A stretch of 64,000 nt of DNA from a virus (IMGVR_UViG_3300025853_000058:12277-76276); one strand, 5' to 3'; numbered from the stretch's first letter, positions 28,704 through 37,600 are shown. The notes: a model not told the origin generated them from the letters alone. Program-made: numbers and translations.

Positions 28704-29071
28704 CTATATTTACTTGCTTTTGGTAATTCTAGAAGAGAAGAAAAAGAATGGAGCCATTCACCATTTTTGTAAATGACCCACTCTTTTTCTTCTATAAACT
28801 TCCATTCATCAAAGTCTTCGATTGCTGAATTACCATGCTTAGAGAAAAGCATTTCAACACTCTCGAAGATATTACCCCGATAATTTATTTTTGATTGGCC
28901 CTTAGCGCAAATTTTCCCGTGTTTGCCTTGCGCTATCATATACATCTCTTCATAAAAATCTGGCTTAAATAAAGCCAATTCTTCATATATGATTGGTTGA
29001 AGCATTTTCCAGCCTTTTGTTTCCAAAAAGAGTTTCAATGCTTCTGCTGATACAAAGTTGCGAATGTCCAT
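28697..29071 (-). CDS. hypothetical protein
   Basis: Probable start MDIRNF. Confidence 0.55.
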   Translation of the reverse strand: MDIRNFVSAEALKLFLETKGWKMLQPIIYEELALFKPDFYEEMYMIAQGKHGKICAKGQSKINYRGNIFESVEMLFSKHGNSAIEDFDEWKFIEEKEWVIYKNGEWLHSFSSLLELPKASKYRC

Positions 29072-29084
29072 AGTTGCCACACCC

Positions 29085-29124
29085 AAAAAAGGGTAGGGTA
29101 CAGCCTAACGGCCATACCCCACCC
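29085..29124 (-). terminator. hairpin plus T6 downstream of the Ubl gene
   Basis: GGGTGGGGTATGGCCGTTAGGCTGTACCCTACCC-TTTTTT on the minus strand. Confidence 0.65.
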
Positions 29125-29160
29125 AAATTTTGCAACTTGCAAACGGTTTAAGAACCTTGC

Positions 29161-29361
29161 TTATCCGCCGACGATGGCAGGTACTAAATCAACATTTTGA
29201 ACAGTTTCCCAATTAATATCAGTGATTGATTCCCTTGCTACCATATCACCGTCAATAAAGACCCAATGGGTAGGGTGTGTGTCAATTTGTTCAATAACCG
29301 ACTCACTAACTAAAGTGAGGTCGGTGTGGCCTGTTTCGTTCAAAATTCGTAGTTTAATCAT
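29161..29361 (-). CDS. ubiquitin-like (SAMP/MoaD/ThiS beta-grasp) protein with C-terminal GG
   Basis: 66 aa, 'WVFIDG.MV...VDLVPAIVGG*', matching the ThiS/MoaD/SAMP C-terminal pattern; GGAGG SD. Confidence 0.78.
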   Translation of the reverse strand: MIKLRILNETGHTDLTLVSESVIEQIDTHPTHWVFIDGDMVARESITDINWETVQNVDLVPAIVGG

Positions 29362-29381
29362 TGTGATTCCTCCGTTGTGTT

Positions 29382-29408
29382 CTCTCCACTGTCTGTACCC
29401 TTATAAAC
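29382..29408 (-). promoter_or_regulatory. archaeal TATA promoter GTTTATA-N5-ACAGACA-N-TGGAGAG upstream of the Ubl gene
   Basis: 21/27 identical to the element at 36519-36545. Confidence 0.65.
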
Positions 29409-29472
29409 CGATGCGGTTCGGGCTGTCTTTTCATTTTTCTTCATTTTCTTGTTATTCATTTTTTTCACTTCC

Positions 29473-29739
29473 TTAAAAGTTATCCTCATATTCTCTATCT
29501 TCTTTCTCAAACTTTCGCTGTTCTTCAAGATAGCCGGTAAGAATCATGTCCATCTTATCCTGCATATCATGTATAATTCCAGCAATAGTTCGTCGTTTTA
29601 GGCTAATCCAAATGCGGTGATAAGTATTGATAATCACCACAGGTAAATCGTCTTCATTTGCTTTGATAATAATAGGGGGTAATTCCCTATCATCAACAAA
29701 TCTCATCTCAACCTTTGTTTCTCTTTCTAATGTATTCAT
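29473..29739 (-). CDS. hypothetical protein
   Basis: ORF in operon. Confidence 0.55.
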   Translation of the reverse strand: MNTLERETKVEMRFVDDRELPPIIIKANEDDLPVVIINTYHRIWISLKRRTIAGIIHDMQDKMDMILTGYLEEQRKFEKEDREYEDNF

Positions 29740-30104
29740 TCGTATTCCTCCATATCAAAATTTGGTAGCACTAAGGCAACTACCTCTCCGTTTTCGTCGT
29801 ATTCCTTTTGCATAATCTGGTCAAATACCCACTTAGCATCATCACTGATAACTAATCGAGTTTCATCGGACCTTGCTGAGAATAATGCACATTCTACATT
29901 CTTAAGGAATCGTTCTTGTAAAAGCCTTACACAGTTCTCACTGTATATAATAAGACTTTCATCATCTAAATATAACTCACTTTCTTTGACAACTTCAATA
30001 ACTTGGTCCAAAGTAAGGTAGCCTTGATTATACAGCAAGTTTAGCAGGTTTCTGTCAATTAGGCCCATCATGTCATATTCCTCATTTGTAATTTTGATGG
30101 TCAT
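29736..30104 (-). CDS. hypothetical protein
   Basis: Probable start MTIKIT. Confidence 0.55.
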   Translation of the reverse strand: MTIKITNEEYDMMGLIDRNLLNLLYNQGYLTLDQVIEVVKESELYLDDESLIIYSENCVRLLQERFLKNVECALFSARSDETRLVISDDAKWVFDQIMQKEYDENGEVVALVLPNFDMEEYE

Positions 30105-30400
30105 GCCAACACCTGCAACCATGCTACGAGGTAGTCTTTGTTCTTTGCGCCTACAAGTGACTCAAGCCTACCATAATTAGGATATTCTTCTTTATCCAAT
30201 ATAGCAATCATAGTGTCAGCAAGCAATTTAGCCATAAATGTCGGACTTAATTCAACAAAGACCTTTGAAAGTTCCCTGCTTATTTCCATCTTCATATTCT
30301 CATGTGCCAAACATTGAACACATTGAACACGCATCATCACATCATGTTGATAATCGGCTTTCATAATGTGTCCTACATTATTACATTCTTCACAAATCAT
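30101..30400 (-). CDS. zinc-finger protein
   Basis: CEEC...CVQC. Confidence 0.55.
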   Translation of the reverse strand: MICEECNNVGHIMKADYQHDVMMRVQCVQCLAHENMKMEISRELSKVFVELSPTFMAKLLADTMIAILDKEEYPNYGRLESLVGAKNKDYLVAWLQVLA

Positions 30401-30563
30401 TCTTCTTCACCTTTCCAATACCAAGTTTGTTGACCAAGTTCATCAACTGTCATTCCCAATTGTTTAGCAATAACATCCATTGGTACACACATATACCAAC
30501 CGATTTCACGACTTTGGCCGTTGTAGCCTTTGTAGTGCTTTCTCATAAATTCAATAATTTCAT

Positions 30564-30782
30564 TCATTCTTCCTCATCTCCAAATAAGTCAGCATAAGAA
30601 CCGTCTTCTTCGTGCGCTTCACGGAGTACGCTTTCATAATCGCTCATTCCAACTTCGTATGCGATTCTGTCCATTCTATACAAGGTTAATGAAGCACTGC
30701 ATTCAATACCACATACATCAATTGTGCCATATAGTTCATCGAGCATATCATCATAGTATTCTCTCATAATATTCATATTCAT
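30564..30782 (-). CDS. small acidic hypothetical protein
   Basis: YDDMLDELYG...L...D.IAY..G..DY pattern. Confidence 0.6.
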   Translation of the reverse strand: MNMNIMREYYDDMLDELYGTIDVCGIECSASLTLYRMDRIAYEVGMSDYESVLREAHEEDGSYADLFGDEEE

Positions 30783-30861
30783 TCTTCTTCACCTGCTCCA
30801 AGATGGTCTTTCAATTCTCGCAGTTCTTGTAAAATCAAGTATAGTATTTGTTCCATTGTGT

Positions 30862-31014
30862 TCATTCTTCTTCCTCCTTTTTTGTTTTTAACCCATAAGT
30901 TTTAACTACTGCACAAAACTCTTGATGGGCATATAATAAATCCCAATCAATGTCTTCTTGGTAATCAACAAGTGGTGTTTCATAACCACAAATACATTCT
31001 GCACTAAGTTTCAT
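30862..31014 (-). CDS. small zinc-binding protein
   Basis: MKLSAECICG...HQEFC. Confidence 0.5.
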   Translation of the reverse strand: MKLSAECICGYETPLVDYQEDIDWDLLYAHQEFCAVVKTYGLKTKKEEEE

Positions 31015-31147
31015 TCTTCTTCCTCCATTTTCACAAAAGCCCATTCAAGACCTTCATCTGTGTTTAGATTCATTGTAGTATCGTGCATTAGTTCAAAAAA
31101 CCAACCCATGTCACTTGTTCTTAATTCAATTGTAATTTTATATTTAT

Positions 31148-31786
31148 TCATTCTTCTTCCTCCAATTTGGCATTATATGTTTGGTTGAATGCTGCAACCT
31201 TTTTTGCCATCATATTATCATAATGGTCTTTAGGCCACCATTCAGGTGACTTTGTTTTCCAAGTGGCAAATTCCCACTTTCCTTCGAGATAGTAATGTCG
31301 ATAAGACCGAATAACAAAATCCCAAGTATGTTTTTCTTGGGGTAGTCGGTATTTATCAAGCATAGCAATAGTCACAGGGGTTAAGCCTTTGACGGGATAT
31401 TTGTGTTGTAATACAATATCATCATAGATATAACAATCTTTAATCCTTATATGAGAGCCATGTTCTTTACCGTAGCGACGAGTATATTCTTCACAAAGAT
31501 GTAATCCATGTTCAAATAACCATTGAAGATTCTCAAAAGATTGCCTCGCCCAAATGGTTGAGGGGTGGTTTAACATGGCTGGCTTCATCAATGGCGAGTC
31601 ATTATACCAATGAAATGCCTTAAGTCCGCTAAGGGTCGGCGAAAAACCATATTTTTCAATGTATTCCATGTAAAGAATGTTAGTATGCAACATTTGACAG
31701 GTTTCAGTAGGCATTTTGACAATATGTTTGTCAAGCATTTCTATTGCTGATTGACTTGGGCTTTCTGATAGTGCAAAGATATTCAT
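31148..31786 (-). CDS. pyrimidine-dimer DNA glycosylase-like (DenV-related) protein
   Basis: MNIF.L...A...DKHIVKM..E..QML, NHPSTIWAR, EY..RYGK.H, YR.YY...K..FA.W. Confidence 0.8.
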   Translation of the reverse strand: MNIFALSESPSQSAIEMLDKHIVKMPTETCQMLHTNILYMEYIEKYGFSPTLSGLKAFHWYNDSPLMKPAMLNHPSTIWARQSFENLQWLFEHGLHLCEEYTRRYGKEHGSHIRIKDCYIYDDIVLQHKYPVKGLTPVTIAMLDKYRLPQEKHTWDFVIRSYRHYYLEGKWEFATWKTKSPEWWPKDHYDNMMAKKVAAFNQTYNAKLEEEE

Positions 31787-32049
31787 TCTTCTTCCTCACA
31801 GTGAATATCAAGCAATTTGTTCATTATGTCTACAATCATATCGTTTACTTCGTAATCCATACCATTCACTCGTTCTCTTGCTACTTCTTTAATGTAGCAA
31901 AGTAGAGAAAATTCGGCATCTGTTATTTTTATTAATTCTTTCATAATTTTAATCTCCTTATTGATTTTTGGTATGCTTCATAGTGGCGCATACCATTAGC
32001 CACATATTGTTTGAACAGTATTACTCGCTGTTCTTCGAGGGCTATTAGC

Positions 32050-32289
32050 CTATTCAAGAACTTTTGCTTGAACAGGCGGTGGGAGCCAATTGGGATTATA
32101 TCTTTCATATATTTCTTCATAACAACCATCACATATTTTTATCATTATTTTTTCTTCTATTTCAATTAGTTCAAGAGTCTGGAACTCTATAAACATATAT
32201 TTTGTTGCCCCAAGTCCACAAGATGAACATTTAGGGCGTTTATTTGATTTGCCTTCTATTACGAAGAACTTCTTTATCCAATTTATCAT
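32050..32289 (-). CDS. zinc-finger protein
   Basis: CSSC...CDGC. Confidence 0.5.
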   Translation of the reverse strand: MINWIKKFFVIEGKSNKRPKCSSCGLGATKYMFIEFQTLELIEIEEKIMIKICDGCYEEIYERYNPNWLPPPVQAKVLE

Positions 32290-32410
32290 ATTAAAACCTC
32301 AAGTATTTTGGGGGAAGGATTGGACGAACCACCACCCGTCAAGAACCACATAAAGTGTGGAGTGAAAACTTTTCCTTCATTACCCTATAAAACCCAAATA
32401 CCTGCCAGAA

Positions 32411-33550
32411 TTAACCGGCTGGATTACTCTTGTTAAATATTCGCCTAAGCGTAGCCAAATGTCCTGCACTTAACTCCGTTCCTACGGCTAACATATCTTT
32501 AATCGTCGCTAAACTCCGAATTTCGTGACTTTGCAGTTTATCAATATCATAGTCAGGAAATCCATAATAGTCTTTCATGTCTTCAAATGTTTCATCTACC
32601 CTTTCTAAGATAGCCAATGCTTGCTTTTGTTTTCTTTCTAAGCGAATCAGTCGAAGTTTTTCGTTTTCGGCTTGCTGTATTTTAGCAAGTCGCTCTCTTT
32701 CTTCACGACCTGCTTCCCATGCAAGGTTCTGCAAACGACGCTTTTCACGGTATTCTTCTGCTTTCTTGGCTTCTCTTTCCATTTGAACCCTACGCATATC
32801 ATCGTGTCTTTTTATCATTTCATTCTCTTTATCAACAACTGCTTGGTGAACTGCACGAAGAGCATAGAACAAGTTCAAATCTGCCCAAAGTCGGTCATTA
32901 GGATAACCATACTTTGTCACTTGATTCTTTGGATTATCGACATGATTCCATCGCCAAACAATAGATGCCATTTTATATCCATGGTCACCAAACTTGCCCT
33001 TTGCTCTTGTCATTAATCTTGAATACATATAATATCCCGCATTATTCCTTGCCAAATTTTTATCCTTGACATTGATTCGTGCGTCAAGGTCTTGAATTGC
33101 TGTGAACATCTCATTAAAATGCTCACCGTTTTCTTCCCACCAAGCATCGCTTTTCATTGTTTGAATGCGGTTTTTAAGCCAATCCTCAACCATAGCATCG
33201 GTAATATCCTCTTGCTTTAGATTCGTATTTTTCATAATTTGACGAATGATGAGGTATGAACCGATGTGGTCGGAACCAACTACTTCTTTAACGCCGGTCA
33301 CAGTATTCTCAACTTGGAAATGATATGCAATATTACGACCACATAGGCAATAGCCCAAATGCCCTGTATCTTGAACCCAATCAGGTTCTTGACCATAATG
33401 AGTATGCTTATACACTTTACCGGTAGTTTCCCACTCATCCTTTGCTTCTTCATAATTGTCTGCGAATGATAGTTCAACCATCTTTCGTTTTAGGATTTTA
33501 TCCCATCGACCATTACCTAGACTTCTTTTTGCTTCAATAATTTCTTCCAT
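32411..33550 (-). CDS. hypothetical protein (CxC/H motif, coiled coil)
   Basis: YCLCGRNI...VGSDHI; long charged helix. Confidence 0.6.
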   Translation of the reverse strand: MEEIIEAKRSLGNGRWDKILKRKMVELSFADNYEEAKDEWETTGKVYKHTHYGQEPDWVQDTGHLGYCLCGRNIAYHFQVENTVTGVKEVVGSDHIGSYLIIRQIMKNTNLKQEDITDAMVEDWLKNRIQTMKSDAWWEENGEHFNEMFTAIQDLDARINVKDKNLARNNAGYYMYSRLMTRAKGKFGDHGYKMASIVWRWNHVDNPKNQVTKYGYPNDRLWADLNLFYALRAVHQAVVDKENEMIKRHDDMRRVQMEREAKKAEEYREKRRLQNLAWEAGREERERLAKIQQAENEKLRLIRLERKQKQALAILERVDETFEDMKDYYGFPDYDIDKLQSHEIRSLATIKDMLAVGTELSAGHLATLRRIFNKSNPAG

Positions 33551-33559
33551 TTTAATTCC

Positions 33560-35008
33560 TCAATTCTTTGGTCTTGGACCAACATAGTATAGATTCTTTT
33601 TAGCCCTTGTAATTGCAACATAACAAATATTGCGTTCTTCTTGCATATTGGTTGCCTTCGGGTGTGGCATCCTTTCAGTAGCAAGGATATAAACATTGTC
33701 TGCTTCTAATCCTTTTGCTTTATGAACAGTAGAGAGCATAATATCTCCCTTTTGATTACCGTTGAATACTCGCTTAATTTCAGCGATGATTCCACGAACG
33801 GTATCGGCACGACTAGCAAAAATCATAATACATTTCTGTTTGTCTTCCAAGTTGTTTGCTTGGTTTTGCTTCTTTGCCTTGAGAAGTCGTTGCTTTTGCG
33901 TATTAAAATGCGTTTCAGCAAGTTCAACAAATTCATTTGTAGGCATTCCTTCCTTTTTTGTGATGTTATGTATTGCTGTAATCAATCCTTTGTGCATATC
34001 TCTTCCGAGAACATACGCTGATTTGCCTTGAGTTAGCATCTCATAGAAAGCACTCACCAATGGAGCATTGTATCTACAAAGAACAATGTCATTCTTCTTT
34101 GGATTAAAGTGCGAATTAACATGAACCGCACCATCTTCGGCAGTATCAAGGCAATTAAATTCCTTGACATATCGGTTTGCTTCAGCAACAACAGACTTTG
34201 GGCATCTCCATGTAAGAGTCATTGGGAAATACTTCACTGTTTTACCCATCTCCTCCAATCGCTTGGAAAAAATAGTCATTGAATTAGAATCTGCTCCACG
34301 GAATCCGTAAATCGCTTGATTTTTATCACCCACAATGATACATCTTCCACTTTTAGTGCATCGAACAATGAGTTCTCTTTGCATTTCATTGAAGTCTTGT
34401 GCTTCATCAACGAATAGCACATCAAATTGAGGCCAAGCCCAATCAAGGACAAGAGGCATCCAAATCATATCATCAAAATCAATTTGACGAGTATCACTCT
34501 TACACTCATCAAGAATGTTGCAAATGTTCTCAACTGACAAATCTTCATCAAGTGTTGTTTGGAACTTAATATCATAATAATCAATAATATTGCGGATAGC
34601 ATCTTCATTAGTACAGTCAATCATAGAACCTTTCACAAGGCTGACTAACTTAACAAGTTGGCTAACACTTTTGAAATCTCTTCCTAGTGCTGGCATTTCG
34701 TCGATAATGTTCTTTACCTTCCACTTATTAACTTTAGGCTTAATTCCTTGCTTAAAGAAAGCACCAAAACCTAGTGCATGGAAAGTTTTTGCTTCTACTC
34801 CTTCGGGTAGTCGCTCTTGTAGTTCTGTTTGAATAGACTTGTTAAAACAAAGAAATCCTCGCTTTAGGTAAGTTGGTAGTCTTCCTGATGCTTCTACAAT
34901 AGTAAATGTTTTACCGGTTCCTGCACCAGCACCTACTACAATATCATCATTTGTGTTTTCAATGGCATTCCAAATCGCTTCTTGTTCTGTGGTTCCTGTT
35001 ATATTCAT
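33560..35008 (-). CDS. UvrD/Rep-family SF1 helicase
   Basis: AGAGTGKT, TFHALG, VDEAQD, VGDKNQAIYGFRG, STVHKAKGLE, YVAITRAK. Confidence 0.93.
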   Translation of the reverse strand: MNITGTTEQEAIWNAIENTNDDIVVGAGAGTGKTFTIVEASGRLPTYLKRGFLCFNKSIQTELQERLPEGVEAKTFHALGFGAFFKQGIKPKVNKWKVKNIIDEMPALGRDFKSVSQLVKLVSLVKGSMIDCTNEDAIRNIIDYYDIKFQTTLDEDLSVENICNILDECKSDTRQIDFDDMIWMPLVLDWAWPQFDVLFVDEAQDFNEMQRELIVRCTKSGRCIIVGDKNQAIYGFRGADSNSMTIFSKRLEEMGKTVKYFPMTLTWRCPKSVVAEANRYVKEFNCLDTAEDGAVHVNSHFNPKKNDIVLCRYNAPLVSAFYEMLTQGKSAYVLGRDMHKGLITAIHNITKKEGMPTNEFVELAETHFNTQKQRLLKAKKQNQANNLEDKQKCIMIFASRADTVRGIIAEIKRVFNGNQKGDIMLSTVHKAKGLEADNVYILATERMPHPKATNMQEERNICYVAITRAKKNLYYVGPRPKN

Positions 35009-35010
35009 TT

Positions 35011-35367
35011 TTATTCCTCCTCGTTTGTGAATGGTGGGAATTGGTATAATTGACCAATCATTTCTCCCATCTCATCATATTGTGGTACTGCGTAATTAAA
35101 CCCAATGTACCTAATTGCTTCTTCTGTAATTCCATAGTCGGTTCCTGCTGGACCGCCAATGTTGATTGTGTATAGTTCAAAGCCCAAATGCTTACATTTA
35201 ATCTTCAAAGCAATCATTCCTGCTCTAACTGCATTCTTTACAGGCAAAGGGTCTATTTCACAATGACCGTTTGCAATCAACGCATCTGCTAACATTTGCT
35301 TAGATACAGATTGCTTGTTCATTAATTCATTTATTAGTATTCGTTGTTCAATTTGTGGTATGTTCAT
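35011..35367 (-). CDS. hypothetical protein
   Basis: ORF with SD. Confidence 0.55.
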   Translation of the reverse strand: MNIPQIEQRILINELMNKQSVSKQMLADALIANGHCEIDPLPVKNAVRAGMIALKIKCKHLGFELYTINIGGPAGTDYGITEEAIRYIGFNYAVPQYDEMGEMIGQLYQFPPFTNEEE

Positions 35368-35437
35368 ATTTATTCCTCTTGTTTAACAGTTTGTTTCTTT
35401 ATAGTCTTGGGAACTGTTAGTCCCAATGTGATGAGGA

Positions 35438-35519
35438 GGGCGTAGGAGATACGAATTAAATTGATTAACAATAACTGCTTCAATAGTCGCCCCGTTTCGT
35501 GTAGTTCTCAACTACGCCC
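35438..35519 (-). ncRNA. candidate structured ncRNA downstream of the tRNAs
   Basis: Ends pair as GGGCGTAG/CTACGCCC, GAGA/TCTC, ACGAA/TTCGT. Confidence 0.35.
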
Positions 35520-35524
35520 ATGAA

Positions 35525-35602
35525 TGGTGGAACTTATCGGATTTGAACCGATGGTCGCTTGGTTATGAGCCAAGTGCATTAACCAAACTATGCTAAAGTT
35601 CC
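35525..35602 (-). tRNA. tRNA with CAT anticodon (Met-e or Ile2), CCA encoded
   Basis: Complete cloverleaf GGAACTT...CTTGG-CTCATAA-CCAAG...ATCGG-TTCAAAT-CCGAT-AAGTTCC-ACCA. Confidence 0.92.
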
Positions 35603-35609
35603 ATAAAGG

Positions 35610-35693
35610 TGTCGGGTGCAGGATTTGAACCTGCGAACACAATTGTGACAGGAGTTTAAGCCCTGCGCCTTTGACCAACTCAGCCAACCCGAC
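35610..35693 (-). tRNA. tRNA-Leu(TAA)
   Basis: GTCGGGT acceptor, CAGGG-CTTAAAC-TCCTG anticodon arm, long variable arm, GCAGG-TTCAAAT-CCTGC. Confidence 0.9.
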
Positions 35694-35925
35694 TTTTTGT
35701 TTAATTACTGTTTTATTGCTCAAAATGGTTCGATTGATGCAACAATGCCAAACAGCACTTATAGGGGTCCAATGGGTACTTAAAGGTGTGGCCCCTTCTG
35801 GAGTGGTGACTTTTGAGCGTTCAATAGAATGAACAATGCTACGACTAGGAACTTCACAGGCGGAAAGAAAACCTTACCGGAGATGGATGCTGGTTTTTTT
35901 ACTGGTCGCAAACTTTCCATTTGTG

Positions 35926-35965
35926 AAAAAAAAGAAACAAAGGGGGGCGAACCCCCCAATGTTTC
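35926..35965 (-). terminator. hairpin (TTCG loop) plus T8
   Basis: GAAACATTGGGGGG-TTCG-CCCCCCTTTGTTTC-TTTTTTTT downstream of the 36015 gene. Confidence 0.7.
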
Positions 35966-36014
35966 GGCTCTCTTAATCCTCAGATTAAGTGTTTAACTTC
36001 TAAGTGAATTAAAT

Positions 36015-36491
36015 TCACTCTTCGGTTGTTTCCGAAGAAAGGAGCGAATTAACGCTTCCGTCCCATGTACCATCACGGTATAAAGACGAAAGTTTGTTTC
36101 GCATCTTCTTAGTTTGAGCAGATGCAAATTCGTCTGCATCTTCGTAAAGGCCGCCACCGGACTTGGTGTGCTTAAACGACAATGAGGCGATAATGCCATC
36201 ATGGTTGTAATAAGCCATGTTTGCTTCATTCACAACACCGCAAATTCGGTCAATTGCGACACGAACGCTTGCTGGCACACTGCTTTTTTGTCCACGGCGG
36301 AACGGAGTTCCGTCACGACCCTTAAGGAGAGCCTTTAGCGCATTTTGCGCCGCTTCTCGCTCGTTGGGGTTTTCCTGTCCTACTTGGAGGTGCAATTCAA
36401 CAACTTGTCGAAGTGCGGCATCCAATGTTTCATCTGCTTCTAAATAATCGTTAATCTCTATAACTAGAGAGTCCCACTTTACTTGTTCCAT
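36015..36491 (-). CDS. hypothetical protein, paralog of 37695-38210
   Basis: Start MEQVKW; shared P.RRG..SS and K.......WDG..NS motifs. Confidence 0.7.
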   Translation of the reverse strand: MEQVKWDSLVIEINDYLEADETLDAALRQVVELHLQVGQENPNEREAAQNALKALLKGRDGTPFRRGQKSSVPASVRVAIDRICGVVNEANMAYYNHDGIIASLSFKHTKSGGGLYEDADEFASAQTKKMRNKLSSLYRDGTWDGSVNSLLSSETTEE

Positions 36492-36518
36492 ATTTTTTAT
36501 CCTGCCCTGTTGGGCAAA

Positions 36519-36545
36519 CTCTCCAATGTCTGTGGGTATATAAAC
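36519..36545 (-). promoter_or_regulatory. TATA promoter, same element as upstream of the Ubl gene
   Basis: GTTTATATACCCACAGACATTGGAGAG. Confidence 0.65.
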
Positions 36546-36819
36546 AAAGGCACTTTGAACCATTGGAATGAATACTACATCACAATGAATCAAATATTAT
36601 CCTTTGACAGCAGGTTGATTGTGACGAAAGCAAAAACGCCTCGTTTTTCTTGACTCAAGCATTAACAGCATCAAGTAAAGGCGTTTAATCACATATCTTC
36701 ATATTTGATTTTGCGAAGTTGATATTGTTCTCATCCGATATTCGCACCATTTGATAACAATAAACGGGGTACTGCGAGCCTATTTCTCAAATTCTCATTA
36801 TTCTCATGGGGGTCCGGTA

Positions 36820-36896
36820 GGGGGGGGGGTAAGAGAGAGAGAACCCCCCCCCCAATGATATGATATGATAATAATGATAATATGATAATAATATAA
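36820..36896. repeat. G10-(AG)n-C10 inverted repeat followed by a low-complexity ATGAT/ATAAT tract
   Basis: Seen directly in sequence. Confidence 0.7.
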
Positions 36897-37157
36897 TTTC
36901 TTAGACTATCCTCCTTGCTTGTGGTCATAACCCTCTGTATTTTTTGAGGTTAGGATTCTCATGCTTGAGAAAGATAGTGAGAATTTGAAATTTTGCTAAT
37001 ATAGTATAGTATAGTTATATGATATACAGTATAAGGGCAATAGGAATCAATACTATGAAATCAATACGATTACTGGGTTAAATATATTGTACCCAAATGC
37101 TGCTTACTAAAGACTATGTAATTTGGTCGTGCTTTGATTCATGCGACCCCAAAAACC

Positions 37158-37200
37158 AAAAAAAATAGGAGAAAACCGGCCCGAAAGCCGATTTCCTCCT
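37158..37200 (-). terminator. hairpin plus T-tract after the 37227 gene
   Basis: AGGAGGAAATCGGC-TTTCG-GGCCGGTTTTCTCCT-ATTTTTTT. Confidence 0.65.
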
Positions 37201-37226
37201 TTATCCACGCTTTTTGACGGTTAATT

Positions 37227-37529
37227 TCACCACTCCACCTTGATTAGTGAGCCATCCCACAATTCGCCATTCAAATACCACTCAAAGTCTTTTTGAACAA
37301 TGTTCACCATATTGAAACCGTTCAAGCGTTCCTTAGTTGTCACGGTTTGCCATCCAGCATCGCAAATCCACAATTCGCCGTGTGGGGTCATTTCAGCAAT
37401 AACATTACCATGCAAATGAAGGAATCTTCGCCCATGTGTAATTTGAACCCAAGTATTTCCGCGCTTGAATGGTTGATTGTTCCTAAAGGCTCTAATTGCA
37501 TCTTCTGTTATCTTTCGCATTGTTTCCAC
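37227..37529 (-). CDS. hypothetical early-type protein
   Basis: LHGNVIA...DAGWQTVTTKERLN...QKDFEWY; monocistronic, with TATA and terminator. Confidence 0.7.
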   Translation of the reverse strand: METMRKITEDAIRAFRNNQPFKRGNTWVQITHGRRFLHLHGNVIAEMTPHGELWICDAGWQTVTTKERLNGFNMVNIVQKDFEWYLNGELWDGSLIKVEW

Positions 37530-37564
37530 TACTCCAATATTAACCTAATAATAAGGTTAAAACT

Positions 37565-37600
37565 GGGGTTTCCAAAGTATTACCATATGGTACTGCTTTG
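37565..37600. promoter_or_regulatory. CCATATGG palindromic element, copy 1
   Basis: GGGGTTTC-CAAAGTATTA-CCATATGG-TACTGCTTTG. Confidence 0.65.

Noticed and set aside
32300-32402. Hammerhead ribozyme
   Set aside because: A three-stem layout is present, but no CUGANGA core was found on either strand.
1192-34832. Numerous plus-strand ORFs of 60-120 aa overlapping the minus-strand genes, and minus-strand ORFs in 40.8-63.8 kb
   Set aside because: Antisense shadows of well-supported genes, with no SD or recognisable motifs.
35508-35723. 71-aa minus-strand ORF
   Set aside because: Overlaps both tRNA genes.
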